A stretch of 64,000 nucleotides of DNA from an uncultured Gemmatimonadales bacterium. Lineage in GTDB: Bacteria > Gemmatimonadota > Gemmatimonadetes > Gemmatimonadales > GWC2-71-9. The stretch spans positions 1,792,001 through 1,856,000 of the forward strand of contig CAVYSW010000003.1 of the NCBI GenBank assembly GCA_963771275.1. Reading direction: 5' to 3'. A program made the translations under genes and the position numbers. The notes beneath the pieces are model-generated. The model searched no databases and was not told where the DNA came from. It saw only the letters and a list, made by a program, of their open reading frames with translations. Of the stretch, positions 45,418 through 54,546 are shown in pieces (the stretch's first letter is position 1; each line of letters starts with the position of its first letter).

Positions 45418-48400
45418 ATGCTGGCACAGGCTGCGGTCGTCTTCGTCCTCTTTGCCGAGCCCGGCTTCCCCGTGGTGGATGCGCCTCTGCCGCTCCCCGA
45501 CTTCCCCGGGGCGGCGACCGTCCAGTCGGTAGCCGGCCTCGACAGCGCGCTCGCCGTTCCGGGAACCGTGCTGGTGTGGCGTCATGGATCCGCCTTCCCG
45601 GCCGACGCGTGGCCCGCGCTCGAGCGGTTCCTGCGGCGCGGCGGCAACCTGCTCTACGTCGGCGGCGAGCCCTTCACCCGGCCGGTCGCGGGAGTGCCCG
45701 GCGCCCGCATCGTGCAGCCGCGCACGATCGCGTACCTGCGGGCGTTGCGCCTGAACCAGTCGTACCGCATCGCGGTCGGAGGAGCGGCGCTCGCGTTTCG
45801 GGCGCCGCACGACGGCGTGCCCGAGCAGCTCCTGCCGGCCGATGCGTCAGCCTGGGAGCTCGAGCCGCGCCTCGCCGAGACGGTGACCTTCCCGGGGGAG
45901 GACGGCTCCCCCGGGGCGCGGGACGCGGTGGTGCGGCCGCTTGCCATGGTGCACCGCCCCGGGGCCGACCGCCGGTTCCCGGCGGCCGCGGGTATCTGGG
46001 CGCTCGACTGGCTGCGGGGGGGATTCAGGGGGGGCCGCTGGGTGCTTCGCCTCACCGACGCGCCGCTCGGCGCTGCGGAGCGCACCGTGCTGCTCGAGGA
46101 ATCCGCGCGGCCGCCGGTCGATTTCCGGGTGGACCCCACGTTCGGGACGTTCCACGATGGCGAGACGCCGTCGGTGACGGTGCGGCTCACACGCCCCGAT
46201 GCCGCCGCGGCCACGCGCTACGAGCTTGCCCTCGAGCTGCGGGCTCCCGATGGGACGGTTCGCGCCGCGCCGGCTGCAACGCTGGTGGCGGCAGACGCCG
46301 GGACGGTGCGTGTCTTCCTGCCCGGGGCCAACCGGCCCGGCTTGTACCGCGTGCGCGTGCGGGCGCGCGGGCTGCCCGACGCCACGACGGGCTTCTGGGT
46401 ATTCGATCCCCAGCTGTTCGGGTCGGGCGACAGCCTCGCGTTCGACGGCTACACGCTGCGGCGGAACGGCGTCCCCGAGCCGGTCGTCGGCACGACCCTG
46501 ATGTCGGCGACCGTCCACCGGAACTTCCTGTTCGAGCCCGACGCCGCGGTGTGGGACGACGAGTTCGCCGACCTCGCGAGCCTGGGCGTCAACCTCGTGC
46601 GCACCGGCGTGTGGGCCGGCTACAAGAGGATCTCCCCCGAGCCCCATGTGGTGGACGAGGCGTTCCTCCGCGCGCTGGAGGCGTACTACCTCACGGCCCG
46701 CAAGCACGGCATCCCCGTGCTGTTCACGTTCTTCGCGTTCGTCCCCGAGGCGTTCGGCGGCGTGAACCCCTACTTCGATCCGCGGGCGCTCGACGGGGAG
46801 AGCGCCTACGTCGGCGCGGTGGCCGCGAGGTTCGCGGGCGCCCGCGAGATGCTGTGGGACCTGATCAACGAGCCCTCCTTCTCCTCGCCCGCGAAGCTGT
46901 GGCTCGCCCGGCCCAACGGCGACGCCTTCGAGCGAGCGGCGTTTCTCGCCTGGCTGCGGCAGACGTACCAACCGGCGGGCCGGACCGGTGACGGCGCGGA
47001 CACGTCCTGGGCGGAGAGCGTGCGCGCCCGCTGGCGGCTCCTGCCGGATGAGCCGATCGGCCTCCCGGCCGACCAGGATTTCGAGGATCGCAACTTGTTC
47101 GGATCGGCGCGGCCGTACCGCGCGCGCGACTACGTGCGCTTCTCCCAGGACGCGTTCGCCGCCTGGGTGGGGACGCTGCGGCAGGCGATCCGCGGGGCGG
47201 GCTCGCTCGGCGCCATCAACGTGGGACAGGACGAGGGCGGGATCCAGGATCGTCCCAACCCGTTGTTCCATCACCGCGCCGTGGACTTCACGGCGATGCA
47301 CACCTGGTGGTCCAACGACGCGCTGCTGTGGGACGGGGTCATGGCGAAGGGTCGGGGCACCCCGCTGCTGGTGAGCGAGACCGGCATGATGCAGCGCGAG
47401 CTGCTCTCCGGCACGGCGCTCCGCGACCCCGACATGTTCGCGCGCCTGCTGGCCCGCAAGATCGCCTACGCGTTCGCCGCGGGCGCGTTCGGGGCGGTGC
47501 AGTGGATCTGGGACGTCAACCCGTACATGAACATCGACAACGAAGCGGCAATCGGCATCCGGCGGGTGGACGGGAGTTACAAGGGCGAGCTCGACGTGCT
47601 CCGCGCGTTCGCCGGGTTCGTGGCCCGGAATCGTGCCCGGTTCGAGTCGCCGCCCGAGCCCGACGTGGTGCTGCTTGTTCCGTCCGCCGAGATGTTCGGC
47701 CCACGCGCCACGCAGGTGCGCGCCACGCGCCGCGCGGTGGACCTGCTGTACGGCGACCTCGGCGTCGCGGCACAGGTCGTCTCGGAATACCGGGTGCGGC
47801 AGGACCTGGGGACCCCGCGGCTCATCATCCTGCCCGCGGCGCGCGGCCTGTCCGACGAGGCCTGGCAGGCCGTGCATGCCGCGGTGGAGCGCGGCGCCGT
47901 GCTCCAGGCGTCGGGGTTCTTCGAGGCGGACGACGCCGGGCTGCCGGCCGAGCGCCTCGGCGCCACGCCGCGGCCACTCGCCCTGGTCGAGGCGCTGGAC
48001 CTGCCCGGTGACACGGCGCCGGCTACCCTGCGGTTCGAGCTCAACGACACCCAGTCGTGGTATGCGGCCGCCGGGTCAGCGCCGACCCGGCGGACGGTCG
48101 GGCGGGGCACGGTGATCCACTACCCGGTGCCGCTGGAATGGGCGCTGGCCGATGACGCCCAGCGGCGGGTGTACGCGGCCAGCCTCGCGCAGGCGCGCGT
48201 CGCGCCGCCCCGCGTGCGGGCCGTCACGCCGCTCGCCGGCGTGCTGGTGCGGGCGATCGACTTTCGGGACGCCACGCTCGTGGTCCTCGTCAACGAGCGC
48301 TCGAGCGACGCGGTCGTGACCCTTCAGACCAGCAGCGCCCCACTCGGCGTGCGCGTGCCCGCCGGCGATGCGCGGATGCTGCTCGTAGACTTGGGGGGGC

Positions 48401-48447
48401 GGGTGCTCGACGGCACCGCTCCGCTGGAGCGACGCGGCGGCTCGTAG
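45418..48447 (+). CDS. Large clan GH-A glycoside hydrolase (GH5/GH42-like)
   Basis: LGVNLVRTG, WDLINEP (acid/base), LVSETG (nucleophile), trimerisation-like C-terminal region. Confidence 0.72.
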   Translation: MLAQAAVVFVLFAEPGFPVVDAPLPLPDFPGAATVQSVAGLDSALAVPGTVLVWRHGSAFPADAWPALERFLRRGGNLLYVGGEPFTRPVAGVPGARIVQPRTIAYLRALRLNQSYRIAVGGAALAFRAPHDGVPEQLLPADASAWELEPRLAETVTFPGEDGSPGARDAVVRPLAMVHRPGADRRFPAAAGIWALDWLRGGFRGGRWVLRLTDAPLGAAERTVLLEESARPPVDFRVDPTFGTFHDGETPSVTVRLTRPDAAAATRYELALELRAPDGTVRAAPAATLVAADAGTVRVFLPGANRPGLYRVRVRARGLPDATTGFWVFDPQLFGSGDSLAFDGYTLRRNGVPEPVVGTTLMSATVHRNFLFEPDAAVWDDEFADLASLGVNLVRTGVWAGYKRISPEPHVVDEAFLRALEAYYLTARKHGIPVLFTFFAFVPEAFGGVNPYFDPRALDGESAYVGAVAARFAGAREMLWDLINEPSFSSPAKLWLARPNGDAFERAAFLAWLRQTYQPAGRTGDGADTSWAESVRARWRLLPDEPIGLPADQDFEDRNLFGSARPYRARDYVRFSQDAFAAWVGTLRQAIRGAGSLGAINVGQDEGGIQDRPNPLFHHRAVDFTAMHTWWSNDALLWDGVMAKGRGTPLLVSETGMMQRELLSGTALRDPDMFARLLARKIAYAFAAGAFGAVQWIWDVNPYMNIDNEAAIGIRRVDGSYKGELDVLRAFAGFVARNRARFESPPEPDVVLLVPSAEMFGPRATQVRATRRAVDLLYGDLGVAAQVVSEYRVRQDLGTPRLIILPAARGLSDEAWQAVHAAVERGAVLQASGFFEADDAGLPAERLGATPRPLALVEALDLPGDTAPATLRFELNDTQSWYAAAGSAPTRRTVGRGTVIHYPVPLEWALADDAQRRVYAASLAQARVAPPRVRAVTPLAGVLVRAIDFRDATLVVLVNERSSDAVVTLQTSSAPLGVRVPAGDARMLLVDLGGRVLDGTAPLERRGGS

Positions 48448-48461
48448 GGCCGGCCGGGGCC

Positions 48462-48740
48462 TTGGCCTGGAAGCGGGAGAACGGGCTGTCCACCAGCGAC
48501 CCGCCCCTCGGTTTCCGGCCGAACGGGAAGCGCCACCACATGATCCCGGTCCCGGAGGAACTCGCCATCGTCCGGCGGATCCTCGACCTCTCACGGGCGG
48601 GCGAGCGCAGCCATGCGATCGCGGCGAAACTCAACCAGGCAGGGGTGCCGTCGAAGCACAGCGCCCGCTGGCATCACACCACAGTCGGGAAGGTCATAGG
48701 GCGGCGGGCCTGGTACGCGGCCCGTCTGAGCGCTTCCTAG
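48462..48740 (+). pseudogene. Remnant of a serine recombinase (recombinase DNA-binding domain only)
   Basis: PPLGF...EELAIVRRI...AIAAKLNQAGVP...WHHTTVGKVI; no catalytic N-terminal domain. Confidence 0.72.
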
Positions 48741-48748
48741 GAACTCGC

Positions 48749-48774
48749 TGGACACGTCCGGACGGACGTGTCCA
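48749..48774. repeat. Perfect 11-4-11 inverted repeat
   Basis: TGGACACGTCC-GGAC-GGACGTGTCCA just after the recombinase remnant. Confidence 0.8.
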
Positions 48775-48910
48775 CAGGGCCCTCTGTCGCTGCCGCTGCT
48801 TTTCTTCTTAGCCGCTGAGCCCCATCAGGTTTCGATCGTAATATGCACGTCGAAGCCCCGACGTGCATTTTCGAGGGGATGTCAGAGTCACGACAGCACC
48901 GCGACCGCCG

Positions 48911-49210
48911 TCAGGCCACGCGCGTGCCGCGCGCGGTAGCGAAGTGCACCTTCACGCCGGCCCGCGCGAGCATCTCGACGAGCGCGTCGATGCTGAAGCG
49001 GTGGAACCGTCCGCGAACAAGGTCGCTCACGCGCGGCTGGCTCACGCGCAGCAGCTTCGCCGCTTGTGCCTGAGTGAGCCGGCGGCGCCGGATCAGCCGA
49101 TCCAGCGCCAACATGAGTTCCGCCCGGACGCGCAGATGCTCGGCCTCCGCAGCGGAGTAGCCCAGGTCACGGAACACGTTCCCGGAACTCCGGGTGAACT
49201 TGACGGCCAT
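48911..49210 (-). CDS. higA: HigA-type XRE antitoxin
   Basis: SSGNVFRDLG, LTQAQAAKLLRVSQPRVSDLVRG, FSIDAL. Confidence 0.88.
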   Translation of the reverse strand: MAVKFTRSSGNVFRDLGYSAAEAEHLRVRAELMLALDRLIRRRRLTQAQAAKLLRVSQPRVSDLVRGRFHRFSIDALVEMLARAGVKVHFATARGTRVA

Positions 49211-49218
49211 GGTGCCTC

Positions 49219-49554
49219 CTAGCTCTGCTTGCGCTGCCGCAGCAGGTCCGTGAGCCGTGCCCGCGCCAGCTCGATATCCAGCTTGCGCGTGCGCTGAGTC
49301 TTCTTCGCAAACGCGTGCAGCACGTAGACCGCCTCTGGCAGGGTCGCGAGGTAGAGGACCCGATGCTCACCATCCGCGTGGACCCGGATCTCACGGACTC
49401 CGGCCCCGACTTCGCCGAAGGGTCTCCAGTCGCTCGGCTCGTCCCCGAGCTGCACCCGGTACAGCTCATACCCCGCATCGTGGCGGGCATTCGGCGCGAA
49501 CGCCCGGACGGCTCTCTGCGAGTTCTCAAGCCAGGGGAGCGGCTGCAGCGCCAT
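49219..49554 (-). CDS. higB: HigB/RelE (Gp49-like) toxin
   Basis: GYELYRVQLG, VGAGVREIRV, RVLY, VYVLHAFAKKT; toxin-first order. Confidence 0.88.
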   Translation of the reverse strand: MALQPLPWLENSQRAVRAFAPNARHDAGYELYRVQLGDEPSDWRPFGEVGAGVREIRVHADGEHRVLYLATLPEAVYVLHAFAKKTQRTRKLDIELARARLTDLLRQRKQS

Positions 49555-49562
49555 GGAGCAAT

Positions 49563-49578
49563 ATATCCGATTGGATAT
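49563..49578. promoter_or_regulatory. Palindrome overlapping the higB -10 box; probable HigA operator
   Basis: ATATCC-GATT-GGATAT; TATATT on the minus strand at 49560-49565. Confidence 0.6.
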
Positions 49579-49636
49579 GGGCGCGCCAGGTTGCCCGGCG
49601 GGGCCCGCGGCCCAGTTAGCATAACCCTCGGTGATG

Positions 49637-50020
49637 TTAACCCTTCAGGGCGAGCGGCCGGGCGCCGAGGGCCCTTCCGCATAGTGGGCGCCCGTTCCGC
49701 CGCCGCCGCGTGCGGTGCGCCGGAGCGGTGCCAATGGCCATCCCCCACTCGACATTGAAGTAGTTCGTGCGATTCACTCCGTTGACCGTGAACTGAAAGG
49801 AGCTGGGGTCGGACCCACCATACCCGATGCATTGCGGGTCCGTCTCGATGTCCCCGTACACGACGGTGATGTCGGCTGTGGTGCCGTAGTAGTAAGGGCT
49901 CGGTGGATGCTCGGTGATGGCGATGTAGGTCTCGCAGAACTGGAGCTGGGCGTGCGTCGTGGCCGGGAGCAGGCCGAGCACCACCAGGAGCGCCAGACTC
50001 GGACGGATGAGGCAACGCAT
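49637..50020 (-). pseudogene. N-terminal fragment of a secreted protein
   Basis: Signal peptide ending THA/Q and a beta-rich segment, then an abrupt switch to Arg-rich noise after MAIGT near 49725. Confidence 0.5.
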
Positions 50021-50136
50021 GGACCGCCTCGCGGATGCGGGTTGCCTCCGGTAAGGAGCATATTTCCTGCCCGCCCGGGCTCGCGGGCTAACCGACAGCA
50101 AGCCAAGCGGTTCGCGCCGATCGGGCGTGCGGAACG

Positions 50137-50186
50137 GTGTTCGCCGCGAACACTTCACGAACACCCGAGTGTTCGCCGCCGAACAC
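50137..50186. promoter_or_regulatory. Array of five GTGTTCG/CGAACAC heptamers at 10-11 bp spacing
   Basis: Units at 50137, 50147, 50158, 50169 and 50180. Confidence 0.65.
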
Positions 50187-50339
50187 TCAGCCTGGGAGCG
50201 AGGCGAGTCCCCTGACCGTCAACCCAAGGCAGGGTCAGCGGCCAGTTTCGAGGGATCGAATGAGGATAGGATGCGACGCTCTTCCGGCCCTGCCGAGCAC
50301 CGCTCATCGTGGGGACCGCTCTCGGAGAGCCGGGAGGGG

Positions 50340-51422
50340 CTACGCCCGCCACTCCCCGAGCGGCACCGTGCGGCGCATCGCCGCCGGATGACGCCGGAAC
50401 CAGCCCAGCAGCAGCACGGTCTCGTCGATCGCCTCGACCGGGAGCGGCCCGTCGGCGATCTCCGGCCCGGCGTGCTCGGCGACGAGCGCGCGGAACGCCT
50501 CCCGCTCGATGGGCGTGCGCGGGGCCGGCGCGGAGGCGCGCACCGTGGCTCGCTTGATCACGTAGGCGCGGTCGTCGCCGAACGCCCCGGGGTCGACGTA
50601 CACGAAGCTCAGCGCGTCGATCGCGGCGCGGATCCGGTTGCCCGCCGCGAACAGCCACTCGAGCGCTTCGTAGCGGTCGCGCCAGCGGGCTGCCACCTCG
50701 AACGCGGACTGCTCGCTGAACCGGGTCATCGCGTCGATGACCCGGTCGATCGGCGCGAGCCCGCGTCCCTCGAGAAACGCCAGGCCGACCTCGAGCCGCG
50801 CCCGATAGTCCTGCGCGGTGACGAAGCCGCCGCAGGGTCCGGCGCACGTGCCGAGCTCGTGGCGGATGCAGGCCGCGCGCCGCCCGGCGCCGAATAGGTC
50901 GCCCTGCTCGGCGTAGACGATCGGCATGCTCAACGCGCAGTCGCGCAGCCCGAGCTCGAGATTGAGGATCCGCACGGCCTCGCGCAGCCGCTCGCCGCCC
51001 CGGTACGGGCCATAGTGCCGCACGTCGCCCTCTGAGCGCCCGGTGCCGACGTAGAGCTTCGGCGCGAGCCCCGCCGAGACCTTCACGAACGCGACACGTC
51101 CCGGGCGGTTCATCGTGACGTTGAACGCCGGCCGGTAGCGCTGAATGTGGCGCAGCTCGGTGAGGTAGGCGGAGAACTCCGACGGCGTGTAGTCCCAGAA
51201 GATCTGCTGCGTCGCGCTCAAGATGCGGGCCGCCTTGTCCTCGGGGTACTGCGCCCGGAAGTACGAGAGCAGCCGCGTGCGGACCCGCTTCGCCTTCCCC
51301 ACGTAGATCACCTGGCCGGCCCAGTCGAGCATGCGATAGACACCCGGCCGGTTCTCCGCCAGGGCCGCGACCTGGCGGCGCAACCGGTCGGTGGCCGCGA
51401 ACGGCAGGGCGAGCCCGCTCAT
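50340..51422 (-). CDS. UvrC N-terminal-like (Cho-like) GIY-YIG nuclease
   Basis: PGVYRM...IYVGKAKRVRTRLLSYF, YRPAFN, Cys cluster (C..CIRHELGTCAGPC), UVR motif FEVAARWRD; no C-terminal RNase H/HhH domains. Confidence 0.85.
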   Translation of the reverse strand: MSGLALPFAATDRLRRQVAALAENRPGVYRMLDWAGQVIYVGKAKRVRTRLLSYFRAQYPEDKAARILSATQQIFWDYTPSEFSAYLTELRHIQRYRPAFNVTMNRPGRVAFVKVSAGLAPKLYVGTGRSEGDVRHYGPYRGGERLREAVRILNLELGLRDCALSMPIVYAEQGDLFGAGRRAACIRHELGTCAGPCGGFVTAQDYRARLEVGLAFLEGRGLAPIDRVIDAMTRFSEQSAFEVAARWRDRYEALEWLFAAGNRIRAAIDALSFVYVDPGAFGDDRAYVIKRATVRASAPAPRTPIEREAFRALVAEHAGPEIADGPLPVEAIDETVLLLGWFRRHPAAMRRTVPLGEWRA

Positions 51423-52492
51423 CGCCCTCCGCTCCGCAAGCCGCGCAGGAAGCGGTGCAGCTCGAGGAACTTCTCGAACACGACGACTTCCTTCCGCTTC
51501 TGGCCCATCTCCGCCAGCAGCTCGCGCATCCGGCCCCGGCGCGTCACGTAGAACCGGAACGTCTCCGCGAAGTCCTCCTGGGGATGGTTCGCCGCGTAGG
51601 CGGTGACGTGCTCGGCGTGCGTCAGCGTCACGCGCCGACGCTGGAAGTCGACCCACGAGTCGTCGCGCACCCGGTACGCCTTGTCCACCTCGCCGAACGC
51701 TTCGATGAAGTGCGGCGTGCGGGTCCAGCGCCAATGGTGGTAGAGCAAGCTGTGGCCCAGCTCGTGACAGATCAGGCCGACCAGCACCGACCACGAGATC
51801 TCGTCGCGCTTGCGCCGCCCCACCACGTGGCTCTGATCGATCTCGACGATCTTGGGGTAGCGCGGATCCACCCCCGAAAGGCCCGGGCGCAGCAGGACGC
51901 GAAAGCCCCAGGGTTTGATCCGCGAGACCAGCAACAGGCGGCGCACGCGCCTGAGGGCGCGCGGGATCAGGTTCTGGCCGGTGGCGTCCTGCCCGCACCA
52001 CGGGCACGCGTCCATCCAGTCGTCCACGCCGCGGCCGCAGTGGGGGCAGCTCCCCTCGTAGGTCTCGTCCCGCCACTCCTGCTCGGCGCCGCACCACGGG
52101 CAGAACGCCATCGGGTACTGCACGCCGCCGCCGCAGCCGGCGTCGCACTTGGCGCTGAACCGGAACCCGGCGGGCGCCTTGAGCGGCTCGTCGCTCGAGA
52201 CGCCCTCCTCGTAGATCTCCGAGCCGCACCACGGGCAATACGACGAGTAGTCGGACACCATCCAGCCGCAGTAGTAGCACTCGGCGCCGGTCTCGTGGTG
52301 GACGTCGCGCCAGACCTGGTCGCGGCCGCAGCGGGGGCAGAAGGCCCAGAAGGGCCGCAGCTCTGCCCCGCACTGGCAGCGGGGCTCGGGTCGCGGCGCG
52401 GGCTGGCGTCGGCGCCTAGGCGTCGGCGGTGCCCCGCCCGGGTGTCGCGGGGCCTCCCTGGCAACGCCAGCAGAACGTGGTCTGGCGGCCAT
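51419..52492 (-). CDS. Four-zinc-ribbon protein fused to a zinc metallopeptidase domain
   Basis: Eight Cys pairs; HELGH; YAANHPQEDFAETF; start uncertain. Confidence 0.78.
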   Translation of the reverse strand: MAARPRSAGVAREAPRHPGGAPPTPRRRRQPAPRPEPRCQCGAELRPFWAFCPRCGRDQVWRDVHHETGAECYYCGWMVSDYSSYCPWCGSEIYEEGVSSDEPLKAPAGFRFSAKCDAGCGGGVQYPMAFCPWCGAEQEWRDETYEGSCPHCGRGVDDWMDACPWCGQDATGQNLIPRALRRVRRLLLVSRIKPWGFRVLLRPGLSGVDPRYPKIVEIDQSHVVGRRKRDEISWSVLVGLICHELGHSLLYHHWRWTRTPHFIEAFGEVDKAYRVRDDSWVDFQRRRVTLTHAEHVTAYAANHPQEDFAETFRFYVTRRGRMRELLAEMGQKRKEVVVFEKFLELHRFLRGLRSGGR

Positions 52493-53285
52493 CGATGGCG
52501 TGGGTGGTGGCGAGCGGCGTGCCGCAGCGCACGCACGGCTCACCCGCCCGATCGTACACGTGCAGGGCAGCCTGGTAGCCCCCCGGCTGGCCGGTGCCGG
52601 TCCGGTAGTCCCGCACGGTGGTGCCCCGAGCCTCGATCGCGCCGTGGAGCACCGTCCGCACCGCGTCGAACAGCCGGGCGGTCGCATCGGCGTCGAGCCG
52701 GTCGGCCGGCCGCGACGGGTCGACCCCCGCCAGGAACAGGGCTTCGTTGGCGTAGATGTTCCCCACGCCGGCCAGTCTCCGCTGGTCCATGAGCACCTTC
52801 TTGATCGCCTGGGTCGTGCCCCCGAGCGCCGTCCGGAACCGGGCGAGATCGAAGTCGGCGTCGAGTGGCTCCCCTCCGATGCGATCAGTATAGGCGCGCC
52901 AGGCCCGTTCATCCAAGAGGTGGATCGTGCCGAGCCGCCGCACGTCACGGAACACCAGGCGTTCGCCGCCCCCGCCCGCCAGGCCAACCTCGAGGACCGC
53001 GTAGCGGCGCTCCGCCGCGCGGAGCGGCCGGCGGTGCACCAGCAGGGAGCCGGTCATGCGCAGCTGGATCACCATGCGGTGCCCCGACGCCAGCAGGAAC
53101 ACCACGTGCTTGGCCCGGCGGGTGAGCCGCTCCACGCGATTGCCGTCCAGCGTCAGCAGCAGGCGGCGTCGGGAGACACCGCGCAGGACGTCGCTCTTGT
53201 GGAGCTGGGGTTGACGGAGGGTGCGGCCGGCGAGGAGGGGCGCGAGGTCGCGGACGATTGTCTCGACCTCAGGCAGCTCCGGCAC
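52416..53285 (-). CDS. mutM: Formamidopyrimidine-DNA glycosylase
   Basis: PELPEVET, LRMTG, DVRRLG, GVGNIYANE, CVRC...CWRCQ. Confidence 0.96.
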   Translation of the reverse strand: MPELPEVETIVRDLAPLLAGRTLRQPQLHKSDVLRGVSRRRLLLTLDGNRVERLTRRAKHVVFLLASGHRMVIQLRMTGSLLVHRRPLRAAERRYAVLEVGLAGGGGERLVFRDVRRLGTIHLLDERAWRAYTDRIGGEPLDADFDLARFRTALGGTTQAIKKVLMDQRRLAGVGNIYANEALFLAGVDPSRPADRLDADATARLFDAVRTVLHGAIEARGTTVRDYRTGTGQPGGYQAALHVYDRAGEPCVRCGTPLATTHAIDGRQTTFCWRCQGGPATPGRGTADA

Positions 53286-54546
53286 GCGCGACCTCCCGCC
53301 ACGCAATGTCGCGCCGCAGGACCTTCCCCTGGAACGTCACCTGATCCGCCAGGCGGCGGCTGGCACGGGCGGCCGCGGCCACGTCGGGCCCGAACCCGGT
53401 GGCGCACAGCACACGGCCGCCCGAAACCCGGAGGGTTCCATCGGCATCGCGCGCGGTGCCGGCATGGAACAGGACGGACTCGGCGGCGTCGCCGGAGGGC
53501 AGACTGATCGCCGCGCCCTTCTCGGGGGCCTCGGGGTAGCCCGGGGCCGCCAGCACCGTGGTGACCGCCGCCTGGCGGGCCCCGATCCGACTCACGGGCG
53601 GTTGCCAACGCTCGTGGGCGCCGATGGCCGCGAGGTGGGCCAGCAGATCGCCGTCCGCCACCGGGAGCACCACCTGCGCTTCCGGATCGCCGAACCGGCA
53701 GTTGAACTCGACGACGGCCGGGCTGCCGTCGGGCTGGATCATGATGCCGGCGTACAGCACACCTCGGTAGGGGGCCCCCACCTCGGCCATCGCCCGCAGC
53801 GTGGGCAGGATCACCTCGCGTTCGGCGCGGTCGAGCAGGGCCGGGGTGGCGATCGACACGGGCGTGTAGGCTCCCATGCCCCCCGTGTTCGGGCCGGTGT
53901 CCCCCTCGCCCAGCCGCTTGTGGTCCTGCGCCGAGGGCAGCAGCACCGCCCGCTCGCCGTCGGTGAGCGCGAAGACCGACAGCTCCTCCCCTTCGAGAAA
54001 CGACTCGACCACGACCTCCTCTCCGGCCGCGCCGAATCGGCCGCCGAACATCGCCCGGGCGGCGTCCGCGGCCTCGCGCCGGGTGGCGCACACGACGGCG
54101 CCCTTTCCGGCGGCGAGCCCCGACGCCTTCACGACCAGCGGCTCGGCATGGGTGTCGATGTACCGCAGGGCATTTGCCGGGTTGGTGAACGACCGCGCGG
54201 TGGCGGTGGGGATGCCGGCGCCCTGCATCAGCGCCTTGGCGAACGCCTTGGACGCCTCGATCCGCGCCGCCGCCGCCAACGGGCCGAACACCGGGTGGCC
54301 CGCCGCCGCGAGCCGGTCCGCCAGCCCCGCGGCGAGCGGCGCCTCGGGCCCCACCACCGTCAGGTCGATGTGATGCGTGCGGACGGCCTCGAGCAGCGCC
54401 GCCTGGTCGTCGGGAGAGACCGGCAGGTTGGTCGCGGTGGCGGCGGTGCCCGGGTTCCCGGGGGCGCAGAACACCTGCGCCGACCGTGCGAGGACCCAGC
54501 AGAGCGCGTGCTCCCGGCCCCCGCCGCCGACCACCAGGACCCTCAC
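53269..54546 (-). CDS. purD: Phosphoribosylamine--glycine ligase
   Basis: GGGGREHAL, VGPEAPL, QDHKR, GPNTGGMGAY, EFNCRFGDPE. Confidence 0.97.
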   Translation of the reverse strand: MRVLVVGGGGREHALCWVLARSAQVFCAPGNPGTAATATNLPVSPDDQAALLEAVRTHHIDLTVVGPEAPLAAGLADRLAAAGHPVFGPLAAAARIEASKAFAKALMQGAGIPTATARSFTNPANALRYIDTHAEPLVVKASGLAAGKGAVVCATRREAADAARAMFGGRFGAAGEEVVVESFLEGEELSVFALTDGERAVLLPSAQDHKRLGEGDTGPNTGGMGAYTPVSIATPALLDRAEREVILPTLRAMAEVGAPYRGVLYAGIMIQPDGSPAVVEFNCRFGDPEAQVVLPVADGDLLAHLAAIGAHERWQPPVSRIGARQAAVTTVLAAPGYPEAPEKGAAISLPSGDAAESVLFHAGTARDADGTLRVSGGRVLCATGFGPDVAAAARASRRLADQVTFQGKVLRRDIAWREVARAGAA

